Shown here: piece by piece, positions 57,112 to 64,000 of the stretch
Layout: every line of letters starts with the position of its first letter
How positions within the stretch are numbered: the stretch's first letter is position 1
NCBI GenBank assembly: GCA_026413945.1
Contig: JAOAJX010000003.1
Coordinates: 1-64,000 of the forward strand
Reading direction: 5' to 3'
DNA: 64,000 nt
From: Candidatus Iainarchaeum sp.
Lineage (GTDB): Archaea; Iainarchaeota; Iainarchaeia; Iainarchaeales; DTGL01
Made by a program: the position numbers and the translations under genes
Notes under the pieces: generated by a model
The model's input: only the letters and a program-made list of their open reading frames with translations
The model's database searches: none
What the model was told of the DNA's origin: nothing

Positions 57112-58059
57112 CTAATGCAAGCGGCGGATTCTTTTGCCCAATTGCCTCTGTGTTCTTCCTGCAAAGAAACTCTTTTCTTCGGCACTCATTCCCTTGATTT
57201 TTGATAGGAGTCCACTCCATATGATGCCTTCCGAACATTTTAGGCCTAATCTTTTAGCAATTTCTTTTTTTGTTTGTTCAGTAGCATGATGTATTTTTCT
57301 TGAAATCTCTATTTCTTGGTCTGGTGTGCCACTGCTGCCATATGCCGCACTAATTCTTTGCATGACTTTACCAAAATCAAAAGTTGCTGCTGTCCTTACG
57401 TTTGCTGTCCTTTTTACAATCTCGTCTGGCCTCATTAACGTGAGCACATGGCGAAGATTTGCCCGTGTTTTAGCTGCTTTTTTGCCGCCACCACAGAGTT
57501 TCCTCAAAAATAGCAGTACTTTATCTTTTGAGACATGCCTTTCCTGGAAATGCAACAAATGACTTAAATAAGCAATATCGTCAATTCTTCTATGCCATGG
57601 CCTTGTTGGCGAAGCTGCGCCAAAAATCAGCTTTGCAACAAGGAAGTTTATATCTGGCAATATTACTATAAACTTGCCTGCGCTTTTTGTTTCAACAGGC
57701 ACCCTTAAGACAGGCACTTTGACGTCAGTAGCTTCAACATGTATGTAAATAGCTTCTTTGCCACCAATTTTGCACTCGAAAACGCACCTTCTTGGCTGCG
57801 TGTCAGAATGCCCTTTCAGCTCCCTGAATTTTGGCAAGCCTATTGTTCTTGCAATCTCATTCAAAACTTTTAATGCTTCATCTGGTTTGCCACTATAAAA
57901 CATAGTGAAATCGAGGTCGTTTTCCCTTCTTTTTCTAAATTGCTCTGGCAGGTAAAGACCTATTGCAAGACCACCGCTTAACGCTAACCCCTTGTTTGAT
58001 GCTGCTTTGACTAACAATGCAACTTCTTCCAGACTTATGCTCTTTGGTTGGGTTTCCAT
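57112..58059 (-). CDS. Putative Pol-beta-superfamily nucleotidyltransferase (AbiEii/DUF2204-like)
   Basis: LSGGLAIGLY...RRENDLDF, later FLVAKL and R.IDD; very basic C-terminal half. Confidence 0.55.
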   Translation of the reverse strand: METQPKSISLEEVALLVKAASNKGLALSGGLAIGLYLPEQFRKRRENDLDFTMFYSGKPDEALKVLNEIARTIGLPKFRELKGHSDTQPRRCVFECKIGGKEAIYIHVEATDVKVPVLRVPVETKSAGKFIVILPDINFLVAKLIFGAASPTRPWHRRIDDIAYLSHLLHFQERHVSKDKVLLFLRKLCGGGKKAAKTRANLRHVLTLMRPDEIVKRTANVRTAATFDFGKVMQRISAAYGSSGTPDQEIEISRKIHHATEQTKKEIAKRLGLKCSEGIIWSGLLSKIKGMSAEEKSFFAGRTQRQLGKRIRRLH

Positions 58060-58184
58060 AGGTAAGAATTACTTTGCTACCACTTAAATTTTTTTTGTTT
58101 ATCTTCTTAACATCAAACCTCTGCGGAAGTTAGAGGAAGCTAAGCCTAAAAGCTTTTAAAACAAGTTTGTTGGTGAAGCTTTTT

Positions 58185-59207
58185 ATGGTAGATTTCCCCC
58201 TGGAGGAACTATTTTTCTGTGCTCGTTATCCATATTCCGAGAGAGCAAAGAAAATTGTCAAACGCTTGAACCCATCTCTTGATGAGCTCGACTCAGCAAC
58301 AAAAGGGCTTGCTAAGTCAATCCTACAAAAAGCTCTAATTGGTAAACCATACGATGTGCCTTTTCAAGACCGCGAGTCATTAAAGAGTGCTGTGATTGCG
58401 TATCATGTTGCCAAGATAATGGTTTCAACTCTGGGAAATCACAAGTATTATTTCTACTTTTCACGCTCTATGCAGAGAGGCACGCTGAACTTTATAGAAA
58501 AATCAAAAAAAGCTTCAGCTATAAGCCCTGACATAGAGGAGCTTGCAGATGATTTTGGCTTGAAATTTTATACAAAAGAAATGTCTGGCAAAACTTATTT
58601 TGAGCTCTCCGTCGTTGATTTCTTGAGTGCGCCTAGCAAAGAAGAGTCGCTTAAGCTAATAAATCAAAACATTTTTCAAGGAAAGATATGGCTGGATGAA
58701 AACCGATTTTCAAGGTTTCTCTCTGAGAAAGCAATGAGCACAGTTTTATCCTCCCTTCCGGTAAGTAGTGTTGCAACAAAAGAAATACAAGAACTTGCTG
58801 TTGAAGCGCTAAAAGATTCAGTAATTAGCAGAAAGGAATCTTCCGCACTTGGCACGGATCTTCAGGCAATGCCGCCCTGCATGGAGCGTCTTTATTCAGA
58901 TCTTACTTCAGGGAATAAGCTTTCACATATGGAAAACTTTGCTCTTGCAGCATTTCTTGCAGCCATAGGTCTTTCTGAGGAAAAGATTTTGCAAGCATTT
59001 TCCCATGCGCCAAACTACGATGAAAAGGTTGCAAGGTATCATATTTCAAGAATTTTACGCGGAAAGCAAGGTAGAAATTATTTGCCTTTATCTTGTGCCA
59101 AGATGCAAAGCTATGGCTTCTGCATCGCAAACTGCAATGTCAAGAACCCACTGAATTATTACCGCAATGCCCTCAAATCAAAAGGTGGTGCTGTTGGCAG
59201 AACTTAG
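58185..59207 (+). CDS. priL: DNA primase large subunit
   Basis: ARYPY, MPPCM, LSH..NF.LAAFL, APNYDEKVARYHI and Fe-S cysteines SCAKM...C..NC.VKNPL.YY. Confidence 0.92.
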   Translation: MVDFPLEELFFCARYPYSERAKKIVKRLNPSLDELDSATKGLAKSILQKALIGKPYDVPFQDRESLKSAVIAYHVAKIMVSTLGNHKYYFYFSRSMQRGTLNFIEKSKKASAISPDIEELADDFGLKFYTKEMSGKTYFELSVVDFLSAPSKEESLKLINQNIFQGKIWLDENRFSRFLSEKAMSTVLSSLPVSSVATKEIQELAVEALKDSVISRKESSALGTDLQAMPPCMERLYSDLTSGNKLSHMENFALAAFLAAIGLSEEKILQAFSHAPNYDEKVARYHISRILRGKQGRNYLPLSCAKMQSYGFCIANCNVKNPLNYYRNALKSKGGAVGRT

Positions 59208-60438
59208 AGAAGAAGATTTTCTTAGAGAGCACTTTAGGCGCTTTTACGCTTCAAATGAGATAAAAAGCGTTCCAAGTGTTGAGATGCGTGAATTCGGCAT
59301 AGGTGCTTTTGGAAAGAAAATAGCGAGGAGGCATATAAGTTTCTCCACAAATAAAGACCTTAATTTTTTCCTAAGGACTGAGGTTCCATTGTTCATATCG
59401 TGCTCAGCCGCTTACTATAAGGATCCAGCAGCAAGGCCTATGGAGAGCAAAGGCCTTATTGGTTCTGACCTAGTGTATGAGTTTGATGCATCTGATGTTG
59501 ATTCCGACTGCAAACAGAAGCATGATTTCTGGATGTGCGAAAAATGTGGGAAAACATATAAGTTTGTTGCAGATAATTGCGACAATTGTGGTGGAAAACT
59601 TAGTCAGTTCAAATTTCCGTGTGAAAAGTGCATTGGCGAGACAAAGAAACAAACATTCCGCCTTATAAATATTTTGGTTGACGAGCTCGGCTTCAGCAAT
59701 ATCTACTTAAATTTCTCCGGCAATGCCGGTTATCACGTGCACGTTCGTGATGCCGGAATAAAAGGACTTTCTCAAGATGCCCGCTTGGCAATAGTTGATT
59801 ATCTTACAGGGGAAGGATTTTCTTTCGAGAAGAGCGGCTTTGATTTTGAAAACTTGCTTTGCCCAAAAATTAATGAAGCAAAAGGCCTTCGGAAAAGGAT
59901 TTTGGATCGCATGATTTTTTTTGTGTGTGAAAGCAGCTCTGATTGGTTGTTCCAATTTGGCAGTATTTCTTTGAGCACAAGCCAAAAGCGTTCTGCAAAG
60001 GTATTTGTTAGAAATATTGTTGAGAACCGCCAAAAGGCAGTTTTGCAGATTCAGAGCGGAGTGCTTCCTTTATTTGGCTCTAAAAGCATAGCTGCTTCTT
60101 TCTGGAAGGCCATTGCCGAAAACTCCTTGAGGCTGGAATCTTTTCCAATAGATAGGCAAACATCAGCAGATATTTATAAAATTGTTAGGGTGCCGGATAC
60201 TTTGCATGGCTCTACTGGCTTTATTGCAAAGACAATAAGCGTTGACTTACTCAATGATTTTGATCCTTTTGAGCATGCTTTGGCTTTTGGAAATGGCCAA
60301 ATAAAGGTTTTTATTAGTAAGGCACCAGAATTTAAAATACAAGGCGCCAAATTTGGCCCTTTTGAAAAAGAGGAAGTGCAGCTTCCAGAAAATGCTGCGA
60401 TTTACCTCTTAGCAAAAGGTGTTGGGAAATTAGCTTAG
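59167..60438 (+). CDS. priS: DNA primase small (catalytic) subunit
   Basis: REFG, DLVYEFDA, FSGNAGYHVH and IDRQTS.D..KIVRVPDTLHG.TG; CxxC-CxxC insertion; start may be 59185-59194. Confidence 0.93.
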   Translation: MPSNQKVVLLAELREEDFLREHFRRFYASNEIKSVPSVEMREFGIGAFGKKIARRHISFSTNKDLNFFLRTEVPLFISCSAAYYKDPAARPMESKGLIGSDLVYEFDASDVDSDCKQKHDFWMCEKCGKTYKFVADNCDNCGGKLSQFKFPCEKCIGETKKQTFRLINILVDELGFSNIYLNFSGNAGYHVHVRDAGIKGLSQDARLAIVDYLTGEGFSFEKSGFDFENLLCPKINEAKGLRKRILDRMIFFVCESSSDWLFQFGSISLSTSQKRSAKVFVRNIVENRQKAVLQIQSGVLPLFGSKSIAASFWKAIAENSLRLESFPIDRQTSADIYKIVRVPDTLHGSTGFIAKTISVDLLNDFDPFEHALAFGNGQIKVFISKAPEFKIQGAKFGPFEKEEVQLPENAAIYLLAKGVGKLA

Positions 60439-60440
60439 GG

Positions 60441-60995
60441 GTGTTGCTTATAGATTTTGATGAGCTTCGTAGGATTCACAGGCAGGAAAAAAGCAGCCAG
60501 CAGCTTTCAGAGATCGGAGAAGATTTTATGGTTGAGCTTAAAGCATACCTTGAAGAGAAAAAGGAGGAATATGTTAAGCATTTATCTGCTGGCGAAACAC
60601 CTAGCGAGGATTTTTTTAATGTGCAGCGCATGGCAAAAGAGATACTTGAAATAAGGCAGAAGAAGATAATAAAAAAAGCCTTCCACGCTGCAGTTAGTGA
60701 AGATGAATTTGAAGATGAAAAGCTTACTGGGGAAGAGAAAAAACTTTTCTGCAATATATGCAAAATCGTTTCTGAATATCAGAAGTCAATAGACAAGCTT
60801 TTCTACGCAGAATCAAAAAAGAGGAAAAAGGATAGCAATTTAAATACAATTTCAGTCCAAATTATAGAAGAAGTGCCTGCTTTTGTTGGGCCCAATATGA
60901 AAGAATTTGGCCCTTACAAAAAAGGGCAGGTTGTTGAACTTCCCGAGGATGTTGCTGATATTTTGCTTTCGAGAAAAATTGCTGTAAAGGAGTAG
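60441..60995 (+). CDS. GINS complex subunit Gins51
   Basis: R.EK....L..I..DF, R.KKI and LT.EEK in the A-domain; B-domain VPAFVG....FGPY.KG..VELP..VA.IL; follows priS. Confidence 0.88.
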   Translation: MLLIDFDELRRIHRQEKSSQQLSEIGEDFMVELKAYLEEKKEEYVKHLSAGETPSEDFFNVQRMAKEILEIRQKKIIKKAFHAAVSEDEFEDEKLTGEEKKLFCNICKIVSEYQKSIDKLFYAESKKRKKDSNLNTISVQIIEEVPAFVGPNMKEFGPYKKGQVVELPEDVADILLSRKIAVKE

Positions 60996-61192
60996 TGATT
61001 TTTGTGACTGAATACGCGCAAAAAAAACATGCGCCTTTTTGGCGAATAAAATGTAATGCTTGTGGAAACGAGCAGGTTGTTTACTCCTGTGCTACCAGAA
61101 AAATAAAGTGCAATGTATGTAGTGCAATCTTAGCTGAAAGCACAGCACACAGAATAAAACTTACCGAAGCAAAAAAGCTTAGGGACTATTAG
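60995..61192 (+). CDS. rps27e: 30S ribosomal protein S27e
   Basis: F.RIKCNACGNEQVVYS...KCNVC...LAEST. Confidence 0.92.
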   Translation: MIFVTEYAQKKHAPFWRIKCNACGNEQVVYSCATRKIKCNVCSAILAESTAHRIKLTEAKKLRDY

Positions 61193-61223
61193 GTAGAACG
61201 GCAATAGTAAATGTGGTGATTCT

Positions 61224-61988
61224 TTGGATAAATGGCCCGAGCCAAATGAAATTGTAGTAATAAAAATAACTAAAGTTTTGCCTTATGGGGCTTTTGCTGA
61301 TCTCTTAGACTATCCAAATGTCCAGGGCTTTGTGCACATTTCACAAGTTGCTTCGCGCTGGATAAAGAACATAAGAAATCATGTAAGGCCAAATCAGCTA
61401 AGGGCTGCACAAGTGATAAGGGCTGACAAAGAAAAGCTTCAAGTAGACCTTTCTTTGGTAAAAGTGTCTGAATCACAACAAAAGGCCAAAATTGAAGAAT
61501 GGGAGCAGTCGAAAAGAGCGAAAAAGATACTTGAAATATTTGCAAAGCAGAGAAAAATGAGTTTTGATATTGCGTGGAAAAAAATAGCAGAACCCCTCGA
61601 ATCGAGGCACGGAAGCCTAATGAATGCCTTTCAAGAGGCACTTATCACAGGGAAAAGCGCACTTGAAGGCATACCCGAAGAGCTTGTCGAACCATTTGCT
61701 GAGCATATTAAAAAAAGCATAACCGTGCCAGAAAAAGAAGTTTCAAAAGTTGTAAAAATAAAGAGCTATGAAGCTGATGCTATATTAAAAATAAAGAATG
61801 CATTTAGAGAGTTGCTTAAACAAAAAGAATACTCAAAGATAAAGGCTACATATATTGGTGGTGGCAAATATCATCTTTCCAGTAAGGCCCCAGATTACAA
61901 GAGCGCAGATAAAGTGCTTTCATCTTTTGCGGAGGAACTAATAAAGAGCATCAAAAAGAATGGTGGCACAGCTTCTATAGAGAAATAA
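61224..61988 (+). CDS. eif2a: Translation initiation factor aIF-2 alpha
   Basis: S1 domain YGAF..L..Y..GFVHISQVASRWIKNIR; C-terminal YIGGGKY...APDYK.A. Confidence 0.95.
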   Translation: MDKWPEPNEIVVIKITKVLPYGAFADLLDYPNVQGFVHISQVASRWIKNIRNHVRPNQLRAAQVIRADKEKLQVDLSLVKVSESQQKAKIEEWEQSKRAKKILEIFAKQRKMSFDIAWKKIAEPLESRHGSLMNAFQEALITGKSALEGIPEELVEPFAEHIKKSITVPEKEVSKVVKIKSYEADAILKIKNAFRELLKQKEYSKIKATYIGGGKYHLSSKAPDYKSADKVLSSFAEELIKSIKKNGGTASIEK

Positions 61989-62001
61989 CTAAGGTTTTAT
62001 T

Positions 62002-62787
62002 ATGAACACCAAGGTTGAGTTTGTCTGGAAGAAAAGAAAACTAACTGATGCTGTCCTTTTCACAGGTTTGCCTGGCATAGGGCTTGTTGGCAAAATAGCG
62101 ACTGACTATGCGTTAAAAAAGCTCGGTGCTGAAAAAATAGCCAATGTTTATTCCGATTCTTTTCCACCAAGTGTTTATATAAACAACGGAATAGCTGATC
62201 TTATAAAAGACGAAATTTTCCTTTACACGATGAAGAAACGCGACTTCTTGTTTTTGGCTGGGCCTGTGCAACCAGCTTTAGATCCAAGGATAACAAATGT
62301 TCAAGATCATTATGAATTTGCAGAAGCAATAGTAAAAACCGCAAAGGACCTCGGTGTTAAAGAAGTTTATACGTTGGCTGGCATTAACATAGGCGATGCA
62401 AGACTTAAGCACGAACCAAAAGTAGTGGTTGCAGCCACTGATAAGAAGACGCTTGAAAGCTTTAAGAAGCTCGGCGCAAAGACAGGCATGAACAATGGCT
62501 TAGTATCAGGTGCCGCTGGGCTTATATTGGGTATTGCTGCTAAAAATGGCATGAAAGGCGCTTGCCTAATGGGGGAAACTAGTAGTAAGCTTATTTATGG
62601 AGACCATGGCGCAGCGGAGAAGCTTCTTGAACTACTTATAAAGCGATATGGCTTCAAGATAGATATGAAAGAAATCGCAAAAGAGTCTAAAAGCATTAAT
62701 ACTGCCTTCAAGCAAATAATGAATGAGCTTTCAGCAAAAAGTGTTGGTGAAACTGAGAGAGAAGAGAATCCAACCTATGTAAGGTGA
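62002..62787 (+). CDS. Proteasome assembly chaperone PAC2 family protein
   Basis: GLPGIGLVGKIA, G.VSGAAGLILG and GACLMGET; conserved position after aIF2-alpha. Confidence 0.9.
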   Translation: MNTKVEFVWKKRKLTDAVLFTGLPGIGLVGKIATDYALKKLGAEKIANVYSDSFPPSVYINNGIADLIKDEIFLYTMKKRDFLFLAGPVQPALDPRITNVQDHYEFAEAIVKTAKDLGVKEVYTLAGINIGDARLKHEPKVVVAATDKKTLESFKKLGAKTGMNNGLVSGAAGLILGIAAKNGMKGACLMGETSSKLIYGDHGAAEKLLELLIKRYGFKIDMKEIAKESKSINTAFKQIMNELSAKSVGETEREENPTYVR

Positions 62788-62795
62788 AAGATACT

Positions 62796-64000
62796 TTAAA
62801 ATTCTGCAAGTGTTTTTTGGCCCTTAAAAGTGCTGTTGCACTCCAGAACATCTCTTAACTCCAGTTTTTTCAGTTCAAGCTCCTCTTGTGAGGCACAAAT
62901 TATTGGTTCTCCGTACTTTCCACCACCGCCGCTTATGTAAAGCACATTTCCTTGCCTAAAGGCACCAATATGCCTTGCAACCTTTTCATCAATTTTCTGT
63001 ATCTCTGAAAGCTCTACATCTAAAAGCACTTTTATCTCAGAACCGAATTTACTCACAAGCTCATGCCATGTTGATTGCACAGCTTCACTATTTATATCCT
63101 TTGCTTTTGTTGCCATTAATATTATTTCAGCAAGCGGTATTATGTGCAAATATGGTGCTCTAAATTCAGGGTGTACTTCTTCCTTGAAGTCTGCAAGCTC
63201 CATTATCCTATCCCTAACACCTTTTTTTATCGTGCCTTTGCATCTTGGGCATCTCCAATTTAAGCCTTTAGCGCTTTCAATGGAGTACTTTGAGTAGCAC
63301 CTGTTGCATGCTGTGCAATGATATTTTCCTTCTCTCGGGTCAAGGCCAACATTAAGCTTTATCCTTTCGCGCTCTTCCATGAAAACTTTTTTGAGGTCTT
63401 CAAAGCAAGGTTTTTTTAGCTCGATCCTCGTGAATTCTCTGCCAAGGCGGTGAGGCCATGGTGAATGGGCATCGCTGCATGTGATAAAAGCTAAACCATG
63501 GTTTCCTGAAATAAGATCTGCAAAATATGAATCAGCACTGAGGCCTAGCTCCATGAAGAAAACATTTTTTACTTGTGCCCCATAGCAGCTTTGTAGTGAA
63601 CTGAAATGAGAATACATGGAATAGTAAGGTGTGAACGCATGTGCCGGCCCTATTATTCCATTGGCTTCTTCTATAATACAAGCAAGTTTCTCTGCATTTA
63701 AACTAATGGAAGGCCTTCCAAATCCATAGCCATCGAGTCTTCCATAAGAAGAGAGCTTTTTTCTTAAAATCTCCGCGCTTTCAAAGTTTGGAAGAAAAAA
63801 TAGGTGGTGGACATTTGAAACATCGTTTATTTCACCGCCAAGTATATAAAAGACATCAATTTTTTTGTCTCTAAAGCAGCCGTTTTCTTCGCAAAGGTTT
63901 TCCTTAAGGTGCCTAAGCCATTCTTTGTTAAGTATATCTCCACTTGCAATTATGTCAAGGCCTTTTAGTTTCGCTTGCATTGAAATCTCAGGAATAAGCA
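62796..64000 (-). CDS. Endonuclease Q family (PHP domain + zinc finger), 5'-truncated at the window end
   Basis: KGL...SGD, GRP, PAHAFTP, ELGLSAD, SDAHSP, GRE, GKYH.TAC.RC...CPRC...KKGV.DR; C-terminal PIP-like QKTLAEF. The frame stays open past 63980. Confidence 0.9.
   Translation of the reverse strand, partial: LIPEISMQAKLKGLDIIASGDILNKEWLRHLKENLCEENGCFRDKKIDVFYILGGEINDVSNVHHLFFLPNFESAEILRKKLSSYGRLDGYGFGRPSISLNAEKLACIIEEANGIIGPAHAFTPYYSMYSHFSSLQSCYGAQVKNVFFMELGLSADSYFADLISGNHGLAFITCSDAHSPWPHRLGREFTRIELKKPCFEDLKKVFMEERERIKLNVGLDPREGKYHCTACNRCYSKYSIESAKGLNWRCPRCKGTIKKGVRDRIMELADFKEEVHPEFRAPYLHIIPLAEIILMATKAKDINSEAVQSTWHELVSKFGSEIKVLLDVELSEIQKIDEKVARHIGAFRQGNVLYISGGGGKYGEPIICASQEELELKKLELRDVLECNSTFKGQKTLAEF

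Noticed and set aside
58115-58150. Short inverted repeat cctct...agagg upstream of priL as a tRNA or ncRNA
   Set aside because: Only a 5-bp stem, with no cloverleaf or T-loop motif.
1-64000. Provirus, integrative element, IS, rRNA or tRNA genes
   Set aside because: No integrase, transposase, capsid or terminase motifs are visible, and no intergenic segment resembles these RNAs.

Overview
This is a gene-dense, AT-rich archaeal window with no recognisable rRNA, tRNA, CRISPR array or mobile element. Gene content and frequent TTG/GTG starts with GGTGA/GGAGG Shine-Dalgarno motifs suggest a DPANN archaeon, possibly Iainarchaeota- or Micrarchaeota-like; this is an inference, partly from the separate PriS and PriL genes. 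The first ~30 kb is dominated by type IV pilus/Tad-like machinery. Locus A (1-6463) has minor pilins, a wHTH-fused ATPase and two TadB/C-like platform proteins. A stand-alone probable major pilin lies at 8661 and an orphan minor-pilin set at 12171-14473. Locus C (17824-29699) has atypical or leaderless pilins, two coiled-coil proteins, a CxxC-bearing ATPase, a double-length platform protein, a 30-aa micro-pilin missing from the ORF track, and a VWA-PKD-HExxH metalloprotease fusion. About 19-20 pilin-like genes occur, and no prepilin peptidase is visible. The rest is housekeeping (cdc48, cdc6, ychF, rfcL, pheST, lonB, rnz, nob1, csl4, rpoL, sec11, two divergent PCNAs, priL, priS, gins51, rps27e, aIF2-alpha, PAC2, endoQ), interrupted by surface proteins (an FN3/PKD protein and a Cys-rich protein with a Ser/Tyr/Thr low-complexity tail), an mTERF-like repeat protein and a solo AbiEii-like nucleotidyltransferase. 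All calls come from reading motifs by eye; no database search was run.
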